A stretch of DNA of 64,000 bases from an uncultured Verrucomicrobiae bacterium. Lineage in GTDB: Bacteria > Verrucomicrobiota > Verrucomicrobiia > Limisphaerales > Palsa-1400. The stretch lies in the NCBI GenBank assembly GCA_963702845.1, contig OY969763.1:2016001-2080000 (forward strand). The letters are read 5' to 3'. Below, in pieces: positions 9,209-18,198 of the stretch. Every line of letters starts with the position of its first letter. Positions within the stretch are counted from its first letter, which is position 1. The notes under the pieces are model-generated. The model saw nothing but the letters and a program-made list of their open reading frames with translations, made no database searches and was not told where the DNA came from. Position numbers and translations under genes: made by a program.

Positions 9209-10237
9209 ATGAAACCTCTCCTCGAAATCACTGAGCGTGGACTCCATTGTTCAACCGGTGGTTTTTTCGTGGATCCATGGGGGCCGGTGGACTGCGCCGT
9301 CATTACACACGCACACAGCGATCATGCCCGGTGGGGCTCTCGGATTTATCTAACCGCCGAGCCTGGACGAGAGATTTTGCGCCGGCGATTGGGGTCGAAC
9401 GTCATCATCGAAACACTTGGTTACGGGCAAGTGACTACACGGAATGGCGTGAAGGTGTCGCTGCACCCGACTGGACACATATTGGGTTCTGCTCAGGTGC
9501 GTATCGAATATCAAGGCGAAGTGTGGGTTGTCAGCGGCGATTACAAAACTGAGGACGACGGAATGATCGCATCGTTTGAGCCGATCCGATGCAACACGTT
9601 CATCACGGAGTCAACATTTGGCCTTCCCATTTACCGGTGGCGACCGCAGGCGGAAATTTATTCGGATATAAATGAGTGGTGGCGCACCAATCAATCGCAC
9701 CGTCGCACGAGCGTCATTTTTGGTTATTCGCTCGGCAAAGCACAGCGTATTCTAGCGGGATTGAATGGCAGCATCGGGCCGATCTACGTGCACGGAGCTA
9801 TCGCTGCATTTCTTCCAGCTTACGAAGCGGCTGGGGTTCGCTTTCCAAATGTCGAACTCGCTCTCGGTTCAAAGATTCGTTCTGAACAAGGACAGGCGAT
9901 TATTCTCGCGCCTCCTTCAGCGGACAACACGCCCTGGCTTCGAAAGTTCGGGGATGTTTCCACCGCATTTGCTTCGGGGTGGATGCAGGTTCGTGGAACG
10001 CGGCGCAGGCGCTCTCTCGACCGTGGTTTTGTTCTGTCCGATCACGCGGATTGGGAAGGCTTGATTGCGAGCATTCGGGCGACCGGTGCCGAGCGGATAC
10101 TCGTGACGCACGGGTATGCCGATGTTCTCGCGCGTTGGCTGCGCGAAAACGGGTGGCAGGCAGAAGCCGTTCGAACGAAGTTTACGAGTGAAGTGGAGGA
10201 AGATGTGGAAGAGTTGCCACCAATCGAATCGGCGTGA
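9209..10237 (+). CDS. Ligase-associated DNA damage response exonuclease (MBL/beta-CASP fold)
   Basis: THAHSDH, GHILGSAQ, SGDYK, ITESTFGLP, YSLGKAQR, LSDHADW; translationally coupled to the ligase. Confidence 0.88.
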   Translation: MKPLLEITERGLHCSTGGFFVDPWGPVDCAVITHAHSDHARWGSRIYLTAEPGREILRRRLGSNVIIETLGYGQVTTRNGVKVSLHPTGHILGSAQVRIEYQGEVWVVSGDYKTEDDGMIASFEPIRCNTFITESTFGLPIYRWRPQAEIYSDINEWWRTNQSHRRTSVIFGYSLGKAQRILAGLNGSIGPIYVHGAIAAFLPAYEAAGVRFPNVELALGSKIRSEQGQAIILAPPSADNTPWLRKFGDVSTAFASGWMQVRGTRRRRSLDRGFVLSDHADWEGLIASIRATGAERILVTHGYADVLARWLRENGWQAEAVRTKFTSEVEEDVEELPPIESA

Positions 10238-11835
10238 AACGCTTCACCCAATTATATTGCGAGTTGGACCAGACGACGCGGACGAACGATAAACTTGCCG
10301 TGTTGGAGCGCTATTTTTCTGAAGCCCCGCCCGAAGATGCCGCGTGGGCGCTCCACTTTCTCGCCGGGCGCAAAGTTCCAAGCATTGTTTCCAGCCGACT
10401 GCTCGGCCAATGGGTCGCTGAGGAAACGAAACTGCCGGATTGGCTTATTGGTGAATGTTACGACGCAGTAGGGGATCTTGCCGAAACTCTCTCTTTGCTC
10501 CTGCCCACGACCAATATCGACACGCATCTGCCGTCGCTCCATCAATTGGTGGAGAATAGAGTGCTGGACTTGCACAAGATGCCCGAAGAATGGCGGCGCG
10601 AAGTGCTCGTCAAAACTTGGCGCGAGCTCAATTCGAACGAACGATTTCTTTTCAACAAACTTATCACTGGCGCATTTCGGGTTGGTGTTGCTCGGACGTT
10701 GGTTGTTCGCGCTTTGGCGAACGTCGCGAAGGTTTCGCCCGCCGTTATGGCGCATCGAATCATGGGAAGTTGGAAACCAACGACGGAAGATTTCCAACAA
10801 CTGCTGCGACCACAGCAAACCGACCAGAAAGAACCCGGCCAACCTTACCCATTTTATTTAGCGTCGCCGTTGCAAGATCCACCCGAGTCGCTGGGCAACG
10901 TTGCCGATTGGTTGGCGGAATGGAAATGGGACGGCATTCGCGCGCAGCTCATCCGACGGCAGGGCCAAATTATTTTGTGGTCGCGCGGTGAAGAGATGGT
11001 GGCTGAGCGATTTCCCGAGTTGGTCGAAGCTGCCAGATGCCTGCGCGACGGCACGGTGCTCGATGGCGAGATTCTCGCGTGGCGTGACGAATTGCCACTT
11101 CGGTTCGGTGTCTTGCAACATCGCATTGGACGAAAAGATGTAAGCGCAAACATTCGCGAAGAGGCTCCGGTCGTGTTTCAAGCGTTCGATGTTTTGGAAT
11201 GGAACGGCGAAGACATTCGCGAGAAACCGTTGTCCGAGCGCAGGGCGATTCTCGAGTCACTCTTCCAAGATATTTCCCGCGGATTGCCATTCCGGCTTTC
11301 GCAGCGAATCGATGCACGTTCTTGGGAAGATCTGGCAACCTTGCAATCTCAAGCGCGCGCGCGAGCGGTCGAGGGCATTATGCTAAAGCGTTGGTCTTCA
11401 CCATACCAGGTCGGCCGGCCACGTGGCGATTGGTGGAAGTGGAAGATTGATCCATACCTGATCGACGCCGTGTTGATCTATGCGCAACCAGGTTCAGGCC
11501 GCCGTGCCAGCCTCTTCACGGATTACACGTTTGGTGTGTGGGATAATGGTCAGTTGGTTCCGGTCGCCAAGGCGTATTCTGGATTGAGCGACGATGAAAT
11601 TCGACAAGTGGACGCATTCGTTCGGCGCAATACTTCTGAGAAGTTTGGGCCGGTTCGCATCGTTAAACCCGAACTGGTATTCGAGCTCGCTTTTGAAGCG
11701 CTCCAGGAATCGACGCGCCACAAAGCAGGAATCGCACTACGCTTTCCGCGAATCAACCGCTGGCGTCGTGACAAAAAAGCTGAAGACGCGGAAACGCTTC
11801 AAACGGTCCGCGATCTGCTGAAAGCCGCAAAGTAG
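10234..11835 (+). CDS. ATP-dependent DNA ligase
   Basis: Motif I EWKWDGIR, LDGEI, AFD, EGIMLK, WWKWK, ALRFPRI. Confidence 0.92.
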   Translation: MKRFTQLYCELDQTTRTNDKLAVLERYFSEAPPEDAAWALHFLAGRKVPSIVSSRLLGQWVAEETKLPDWLIGECYDAVGDLAETLSLLLPTTNIDTHLPSLHQLVENRVLDLHKMPEEWRREVLVKTWRELNSNERFLFNKLITGAFRVGVARTLVVRALANVAKVSPAVMAHRIMGSWKPTTEDFQQLLRPQQTDQKEPGQPYPFYLASPLQDPPESLGNVADWLAEWKWDGIRAQLIRRQGQIILWSRGEEMVAERFPELVEAARCLRDGTVLDGEILAWRDELPLRFGVLQHRIGRKDVSANIREEAPVVFQAFDVLEWNGEDIREKPLSERRAILESLFQDISRGLPFRLSQRIDARSWEDLATLQSQARARAVEGIMLKRWSSPYQVGRPRGDWWKWKIDPYLIDAVLIYAQPGSGRRASLFTDYTFGVWDNGQLVPVAKAYSGLSDDEIRQVDAFVRRNTSEKFGPVRIVKPELVFELAFEALQESTRHKAGIALRFPRINRWRRDKKAEDAETLQTVRDLLKAAK

Positions 11836-11879
11836 CTGAGGTGCTTGCGCCGCAGCAACGAGTGCTGTGCTGCCGACCC

Positions 11880-13010
11880 TTAACCGACGATCTTCGACAG
11901 CAATTCGTCGTTGGTCTTGTGCTTCTTCAGCGCAGCGATCAACGTTTCCATCGCTTCGATCGGGTTCAAGTCCACCATCATGCGGCGCAACTTGCGGATC
12001 GAGTCGATATTCTTTGCCGCGAAAAGTTTTTCCTCTTTGCGCGTGCCGCTCTTCGGGATGTCGATTGCAGGGAACAAGCGACGTTCCGACAGCTTGCGGT
12101 CGAGGATCAATTCCATGTTACCCGTGCCTTTGAACTCCTGGAAAATGAGCTCGTCCATGCGGGAACCAGTGTCGACCAGCGCTGTGGCGATGATTGTCAG
12201 CGAACCGCCTTCTTCAATTTTGCGCGCGGATGCGAACATCTTGCGCGGAATTTCCAAAGCGCGCGCATCGACGCCGCCGGTCATGGTCCGACCGCTGCCG
12301 CCATGCACGCTGTTGTAAGCGCGAGCGACGCGAGTGATCGAATCCAGCAATACGAAAACGTCCTTGCCGCTTTCAACCATGCGACGGCAGCGCTCAATCA
12401 TGAAGCGCGATAAACGCACATGCGTTTCGAGATCCTGGTCGTTCGATGAAGCAACCACTTCGGCTTTCACCGAGCGTTGAAAATCAGTGACTTCTTCCGG
12501 GCGCTCGTCGATCAGCAGCACCATCACGTAAACTTCCGGATGGTTCGTCGACACGGCGTTGGCAATTTGCTTAAGAATCGTGGTCTTACCGGTGCGAGGC
12601 GGCGCAACAATCAAACCGCGCGTGCCTTTGCCGATGGGAGTGACCAGGTCGATAATGCGCGTTTCGAGCAAATCAGGTGACGTTTCCAGACTGATCTTCT
12701 CAATCGGATCAATCGTGGTGAGGTTCTCAAACCGCACCGACCGGGTATATTCGTCAAACGTCAGGCCGTTGACCTTTGCGACGGTGCGAAGCTGCGGGCT
12801 ATTACCGCGATGAGGCGGTTGGGTTTCACCCTCAACGAGGCACCCTTCGCGCAGGAAATTGCGCTTGATAGTATCCGGCGTGACAAAAATGTCGGAAGGC
12901 TTTGGATGATAGTTGTTTTCCTTTGTCCGCAAGAACCCGAAACCCTTTTCAGAAATTTCGAGAAAACCCGACCCGTAGTCGGTGACAGTGGCGCTAGGCG
13001 CTTGATTCAT
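11880..13010 (-). CDS. rho: Transcription termination factor Rho (short form, 376 aa)
   Basis: GFGFLR (RNP1-like), DIFV, P-loop APPRTGKT, LIDERPEEVTD, LDSITR, EFKGTGNME. Confidence 0.95.
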   Translation of the reverse strand: MNQAPSATVTDYGSGFLEISEKGFGFLRTKENNYHPKPSDIFVTPDTIKRNFLREGCLVEGETQPPHRGNSPQLRTVAKVNGLTFDEYTRSVRFENLTTIDPIEKISLETSPDLLETRIIDLVTPIGKGTRGLIVAPPRTGKTTILKQIANAVSTNHPEVYVMVLLIDERPEEVTDFQRSVKAEVVASSNDQDLETHVRLSRFMIERCRRMVESGKDVFVLLDSITRVARAYNSVHGGSGRTMTGGVDARALEIPRKMFASARKIEEGGSLTIIATALVDTGSRMDELIFQEFKGTGNMELILDRKLSERRLFPAIDIPKSGTRKEEKLFAAKNIDSIRKLRRMMVDLNPIEAMETLIAALKKHKTNDELLSKIVG

Positions 13011-13273
13011 AATGTGTGTTTTAAAGAAGGCCTTCCTGAATGAACCCGAAAATCGTTCTTTTTAAGAAATAAAGAATTTTGGGAAAACCGTCTGCGCCAT
13101 CGAAAACCGATAACCTGCGCTATCCGGTCAGACCTTCAACTTAAGCATATTTACGATACGCCCAGCCGATTGCAACAGTTATTTTAGGGGCAAAACTGGT
13201 GACGTTTCGTAGGGGATTGTCGCAAAACATGCTGCACTTCAGGTCTATCTGTGCTTATCTCAACGCACCTGTG

Positions 13274-14503
13274 ATGCGAAGCATCCTCATTCTCATCGTT
13301 TGTGCGCAGATCGCTTCGGCTGCGGATTGGCCTCAGTGGCTTGGGCCGACCCACGATTGTCACGCCGCCGCAGGGTCGGCAGAGATCAATCGACTTTCAT
13401 CCGAACCCAAGGTGCTCTGGCGCAAATCAATCGGTGGCGGTTTCTCGTCGCCTGTAATTGCTGCCGGCAAAGTCGTTTACTTCGACGAAGATGACACCAA
13501 TGAAGTCGCTCACGCGATTGAAGCGAGCACCGGCAAAGAGATTTGGCGCACGCCGATCGGCGACGTTTACCGCGATGAATGGTCCGCCGGTCCGCGCAGC
13601 ACACCTATAATCGATGCCGACCGCGTCTACGTTCAGTCCTGCAAAGGCGAATTTCGTTGTCTCGAATTTTCAACCGGTCACGTGCAATGGGGTTTTAGCT
13701 TCGAACATGATTACGGGGTGAAATTCGTCGGCAGTCGCGCGCGCGAAGGCACCGCTGCACGCCGTGGTAACAACGGAACCGGCATTGTCGACGGCGACGC
13801 CGTGCTTGTCCCGGTTGGCAGCACCGATAACGCTACCATCGTCTGTTTCGACAAAAAGACCGGTAAACGATTATGGCGAAGCGGATCCGACGAAGCCGCC
13901 TATTCGTCACTTCAGGTCGCCATCATTGCTGGAGTTCGTCAGGTCATTTTGCTCGATGCCGATGCTCTCATCGGCGTTGCGCGAACAGACGGCAAACTTC
14001 TCTGGCGCGTACTGCTCCACACCGACGCCAAACGCCACGCCGCCACACCAGTGATCCACGGTGACACCGTCATCGTCAACTCCCACACCATCGGCCTAGT
14101 CGCCATCCGTATCCAAAAAACCGCTACCGGCTTCGAACCCAAACGTGAATGGACCAACCCGAGCCTACAGATCAATCTCTCAACCCCCGTTCTCGTCGAC
14201 GGCCATCTCTATTCCCAAGGTCCCTTGCGCAACTTCATTTGTGCCGACGCCCGCACTGGCAAACTGGAATGGGAAGCACCCGGTTTCGGCAAAGAAAATT
14301 CCTCGACCATTGCCATCGGCAAAAACCTCCTCACTCTGACCGACACCGGCGAACTCGTTCTGGTTGCCGCAAATCCAAACGCCTACAAAGAACTTGGCCG
14401 CCAACAAGTCTGCGGCAAAAACTGGAACTTCCCGGCCTATGCCGACGGTAAACTCTACGTCCGGGATTCGCGCGAGTTGCTCTGCTTGGACATAGGTAGG
14501 TAA
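13274..14503 (+). CDS. Secreted PQQ-binding-like beta-propeller protein
   Basis: Signal-like N-terminus then ADWPQWLGP, repeated W...SP/TP..G..W blades, and a PAYADGKLYVR C-terminus. Confidence 0.8.
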   Translation: MRSILILIVCAQIASAADWPQWLGPTHDCHAAAGSAEINRLSSEPKVLWRKSIGGGFSSPVIAAGKVVYFDEDDTNEVAHAIEASTGKEIWRTPIGDVYRDEWSAGPRSTPIIDADRVYVQSCKGEFRCLEFSTGHVQWGFSFEHDYGVKFVGSRAREGTAARRGNNGTGIVDGDAVLVPVGSTDNATIVCFDKKTGKRLWRSGSDEAAYSSLQVAIIAGVRQVILLDADALIGVARTDGKLLWRVLLHTDAKRHAATPVIHGDTVIVNSHTIGLVAIRIQKTATGFEPKREWTNPSLQINLSTPVLVDGHLYSQGPLRNFICADARTGKLEWEAPGFGKENSSTIAIGKNLLTLTDTGELVLVAANPNAYKELGRQQVCGKNWNFPAYADGKLYVRDSRELLCLDIGR

Positions 14504-14568
14504 TCTCAGGGTTGATTCGCGATAGGTCTGCGGTTGACAGACTTCTGCTCCTATCAGATTCTGCCTGT

Positions 14569-14880
14569 ATGGACCTCTTTGTTTCTTTGGCGCTCCTTCT
14601 CGCGCTGGCCGTTCTGTTTCTGGCGATGCAGCGCGAGCGGATCGCGGATGCAGTGGCTTACCGGAAAGCCGTGGCCTTCTTTATTGCGGCAATCGTTGTG
14701 CACAACCCGCTAATGGAAATCATCGGCATGATTCCGCGCAGCTTTTTTGCGGTATTCGCTGCATTCGCTCGCGTCATCGGTTACGTCCTTTTACTGATTA
14801 GTTTCTATGCCGTCTGTCGTTCGTGTGGTGCGCCGCTGAATCCTCCAGGTGAACAGCCAGCACCTCTTGTTGCGCGATAA
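14569..14880 (+). CDS. Small hypothetical membrane protein (3 hydrophobic segments)
   Basis: Hydrophobic ORF filling the gap between two + strand genes. Confidence 0.5.
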   Translation: MDLFVSLALLLALAVLFLAMQRERIADAVAYRKAVAFFIAAIVVHNPLMEIIGMIPRSFFAVFAAFARVIGYVLLLISFYAVCRSCGAPLNPPGEQPAPLVAR

Positions 14881-14895
14881 TCTGAGACTTCCGAT

Positions 14896-15579
14896 TTGAG
14901 TGCGAATCCTTCAGCCGACCACTACGCGGGCGATGCCGGTCGCGTTTACCACGAAAAAAAGCGTGGCATTCCCGATGTGGCATTGCCGTGGGTGTCTCAA
15001 CATCGTGCGAAAAAAATCGCGCCTTACGTCAAGTCGAGTGATGTCGTATTCGAATATGGTGTCGGATGGGGTTGGAATCTGGCAGCGCTCAATTGCAGTC
15101 GCAAAATTGGATTCGATGTTTCGGAACTGCTCCGCGAAAAAGTTGCAGGGCAGGGGATTGAATTCATTTCATCACCCAGTCAATTCGCGCCCGCGTCAGC
15201 CGACGTCATCATCTGCCACCATACGTTGGAACACGTAATCGATCCACCGCGCGCGCTCGCCGAAATGAAAACCGCCCTCAAACGCGGCGGCAAACTGCTG
15301 CTTTTCGTCCCCTTCGAACGCGAGTCCAGGTACACCCGTTGCGACCCCGCCGAACCGAACCACCATCTCTATTCCTGGAATGCTCAAACCCTCGGCAACC
15401 TCGTCCAACAATGCGGGTTTAAAGTCTTGGAAGCGCACATTGCGCCATTCGGCTACGACCGATTTTCAGCCGTTTGGTCGCATCGAGTCAAACTTGGCGC
15501 ATTTGGCTTCCGCCTAATCCGGTCCTTCGCTCACATCGCCAAACCAGCCTTCGAAGTCCGCCTCGTCTGCACCCGGTAG
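14896..15579 (+). CDS. Class I SAM-dependent methyltransferase
   Basis: VFEYGVGWG (motif I), ADVIICHHTLEHV, LKRGGKL. Confidence 0.8.
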   Translation: MSANPSADHYAGDAGRVYHEKKRGIPDVALPWVSQHRAKKIAPYVKSSDVVFEYGVGWGWNLAALNCSRKIGFDVSELLREKVAGQGIEFISSPSQFAPASADVIICHHTLEHVIDPPRALAEMKTALKRGGKLLLFVPFERESRYTRCDPAEPNHHLYSWNAQTLGNLVQQCGFKVLEAHIAPFGYDRFSAVWSHRVKLGAFGFRLIRSFAHIAKPAFEVRLVCTR

Positions 15580-15600
15580 GGCGAGGCTCCCGCCGAGCCC
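15576..15600 (+). repeat. GTAG-type REP-like hairpin
   Basis: GTAGGGCGAGGCTCCCGCCGAGCCC overlapping the stop codon; stem GGCTC/GAGCC. Confidence 0.45.
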
Positions 15601-15659
15601 TTCACGCCGATTGAATTCCTAAGAAATCCTGTCGTCTATTCTACAGAGTCGCGAAACCT

Positions 15660-16025
15660 ATGAAAAAGCTACTACTCCTCGCAATGGTAATGGTGAGCTG
15701 GAACATCTCCGCTCAAAGCATTGTCTTCGAGTCACCTATCTACGACGGCGTGGTCATCGTTGCCGGAGCCGAACCCGCGCCACAACCATGCCTGACAGCG
15801 CCCGTGGTTTACGACACTCCTGTCGTTTACAATGCGCCGGTTCAATATAACGCCCCGGTCGTTTACAACGCGCCTGTGGTCTACAACATCGTCATTCCGG
15901 CACCTGAAACCTGCGGCAACGATTTCGGTGGCATGACGATCAAAGTCTACCCGCGCCGCAATGGCTACGCCCGTTGTAACAGCAACATAACCATTATCGG
16001 CCGCGGCAGTGCTCTGATCCGTTAG
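15660..16025 (+). CDS. Small secreted hypothetical protein with five (A/T)PV(V/Q)Y(N/D) repeats
   Basis: Signal peptide MKKLLLLAMV...SAQ; 18-bp tandem units at 15798-15887 with synonymous variation. Confidence 0.65.
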   Translation: MKKLLLLAMVMVSWNISAQSIVFESPIYDGVVIVAGAEPAPQPCLTAPVVYDTPVVYNAPVQYNAPVVYNAPVVYNIVIPAPETCGNDFGGMTIKVYPRRNGYARCNSNITIIGRGSALIR

Positions 16026-16030
16026 CGCAG

Positions 16031-16079
16031 GTATCGCAGGTCTCCAAACCTGCCGTATCGCCGATTTCCAAATCGGCAG
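16031..16079 (+). repeat. Double-hairpin REP-like element (GTATC-hairpin x2), intergenic copy
   Basis: GCAGGT/ACCTGC and GCCGATTT/AAATCGGC stems; 44/49 nt identical to 40838-40886. Confidence 0.75.
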
Positions 16080-16118
16080 CCGTGAAATAGCGATTGCGGC
16101 AAACAGTAGAGCCGCATC

Positions 16119-17090
16119 TTATTTTCCCATCCGCATCCGCTTTTCCAATTCCTCCGCTGCCTCTTCAAACCGCGCATACTTAAACTGAAATCCATCCCGC
16201 AGCAATCTCCCCGGAACAACCCTCCGACTCTTCAACATCAACTCCGTTTCCGTCCGCATAAAAAACGCGCCGATCTCCATCATCCAGCCCGTCGCCGGTA
16301 ATCCAAACGGCACGCCGCAGAACCGACGCAGCGCTCGCATCATATCCCGATTCGTAATCGGATTCGGCGCAGCAACGTTAATCCCGCCCGTCACATCGTG
16401 TGTAAGCACCCATTCAATCGCGTGACAAAAATCCTCGTGATGAATCCAAGAAACATATTGCCGCCCGCCCGCGAGCGCGCCGCCGAGCCCGCGTTTCACC
16501 AGGCTGCGCAACACCGGAAAAACCGACCCCGGTTCATCGAACAACACCATTGAAATCCGCAGCGCCGCCTGACGCGTCTTTGGCGTGGGCGCTTCGAAAA
16601 ACGCCTTCTCCCACGCCATTGCGACCTCCACCGAAAACTCATCCTTCGCATCCGCCGTCGCCGCCATCTCGGCATCCTCATCCATTGGTTTATCAATGGA
16701 ATGTTTGTAGATAGTCGCCGTGCTTGCATTTAGCCAAACGCTCGGCGGATTCGCGCAACGACCAATCGCTTCACCAACTGCCTTCGTGGACAAAACGCGC
16801 GACTCAAGAATGTCGCGCCGATTCTTCGCATTATACCGACAATTAACCGATCGCCCCGTGAGATTAATCACCGCAAACGCCCCATCGATTTCTCGCACCC
16901 ACTCGCCGACAGTGCGCGCATCCCATTGCAGAACTTTAACTTTCTTTGCGCTCTCTGCGTTCTTTGCGGTTACATAATTTTCCGGCGACCTGCTCAGCAC
17001 CACGATTTCATAACCTTTCACGCCGAGATACTGTGCCAGCATCCGCCCAAGCAACCCACTGCCACCCGCCAACACGATCCGTTTGTTCAT
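16119..17090 (-). CDS. TIGR01777-family NAD(P)-dependent epimerase/oxidoreductase
   Basis: LAGGSGLLG, INLTGRSVNCR, SRV, NASTATIY, SWIH, KSRRVVP. Confidence 0.85.
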   Translation of the reverse strand: MNKRIVLAGGSGLLGRMLAQYLGVKGYEIVVLSRSPENYVTAKNAESAKKVKVLQWDARTVGEWVREIDGAFAVINLTGRSVNCRYNAKNRRDILESRVLSTKAVGEAIGRCANPPSVWLNASTATIYKHSIDKPMDEDAEMAATADAKDEFSVEVAMAWEKAFFEAPTPKTRQAALRISMVLFDEPGSVFPVLRSLVKRGLGGALAGGRQYVSWIHHEDFCHAIEWVLTHDVTGGINVAAPNPITNRDMMRALRRFCGVPFGLPATGWMMEIGAFFMRTETELMLKSRRVVPGRLLRDGFQFKYARFEEAAEELEKRMRMGK

Positions 17091-17291
17091 AAATGATTTC
17101 GAAAGATCGCAACCAACAGAGCCGCGCGCGTCAGCAAGCGGTTTACGGCACATTGCCTCCCTTGTAATCGTCCTTCGTCCTCGATTCCTTTCCCACCCCC
17201 ACGATTCGCGATCGTTCGACTCTCATCCTTCGTTTCCTTCGTTCCCTTCTGTTTCAAAACTTCACCGCAAATATCTCTGCTAATTCTCATA

Positions 17292-17825
17292 TTAACCTCC
17301 GGTTTTGCCGGCCAACTTCATCACCCTGTCGCCGAGCTTCATGAACTGACGCACACCCGCAATCGGCAACTTGCGGATTTGGTCATACCAGGTCGACGTC
17401 GCCTCGAAGAACTCCAGCAACGCGTCCAGGCGCTCCTTCGTATACTTGTCATCCTTGGAATCCGCCGCCTCTACCGCGCATTCCCGCAACATCGCGAGCG
17501 TTGGGTCCATCTCCCGTTTCTTGCGCTCATCCATCACAATGCGAAACATCTCCCACACATCCTTGAGCGATTCATAATGATCCCGTCGATCGCCCAACAC
17601 ATGAACAGTCCGCACGATGCCCCAGCCCTCCAATTCGCGCAGGCTCGTGCTGACATTCGACCGCGCCACGCCGAGTGTGTTTGCGATGATTTCAGCATCG
17701 ATTGGAGCAGGGGAGACATAGAGCAGCGCATGGATTTGCGCGACCGTCCGATTGATCCCCCACTGCGCCCCCATCTTGCCCCAGTGAAGAATGAATTTTC
17801 GCTGAACCGGTGTGAGAGTATTCAT
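17292..17825 (-). CDS. GbsR/MarR-family transcriptional regulator
   Basis: FILHWGKMGAQWGINRTVAQIHALL, HTH LGVARSNVSTSLREL, GDRRDHY. Confidence 0.85.
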   Translation of the reverse strand: MNTLTPVQRKFILHWGKMGAQWGINRTVAQIHALLYVSPAPIDAEIIANTLGVARSNVSTSLRELEGWGIVRTVHVLGDRRDHYESLKDVWEMFRIVMDERKKREMDPTLAMLRECAVEAADSKDDKYTKERLDALLEFFEATSTWYDQIRKLPIAGVRQFMKLGDRVMKLAGKTGG

Positions 17826-17829
17826 GCAA

Positions 17830-17880
17830 TTCTGTTATTTCTGTCTGAACAGAATATAACGAAACTGCATGCTTTGTCAA
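17830..17880 (-). promoter_or_regulatory. Promoter and probable autoregulatory operator of the GbsR-like regulator
   Basis: Minus strand TTGACA-16 nt-TATATT. Palindrome TTCTGT-ctga-ACAGAA at 17839-17854 plus an extra TTCTGT half-site at 17830-17835. Confidence 0.55.
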
Positions 17881-17902
17881 TAATCACTTATTCCGGTTGC
17901 AG

Positions 17903-18000
17903 TTTGAAAAAAGAAACTTTTTCTTCCTGGTGCCCTGTGGCCGCATTGGGCACGGATCGGCACTACTTGGCCGCACTTTTCCGTAAAAATATTTTTTACA
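17903..18000. repeat. Dispersed ~100-bp non-coding element, copy 1
   Basis: Aligns end to end with 38631-38738 (tggccgcatt.ggcac..., cgcacttttccg.aaaaatattttt.aca). Confidence 0.75.
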
Positions 18001-18198
18001 ACATGGCTCTCCTGCCATTTGTCCTGCGCCCACCAAGGTATTGTTTTTGGCCTGCCCGAACAAGGTGTGGCGGATGGCGACTGCCGTTGACTGGTATGTC
18101 TTGCGTGTAAAAGTAGAAACATTTCCTTCACGGTGGCCGCGTGCAAACGCCAGTTTGCTTCGGCGCCTGCGGCAGGTATAACTGACGAGGAGAAACGC

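Noticed and set aside
15798..15887. CRISPR-like repeat array
   Set aside because: These are contiguous 18-bp coding repeats with no spacers, and no cas genes are present.
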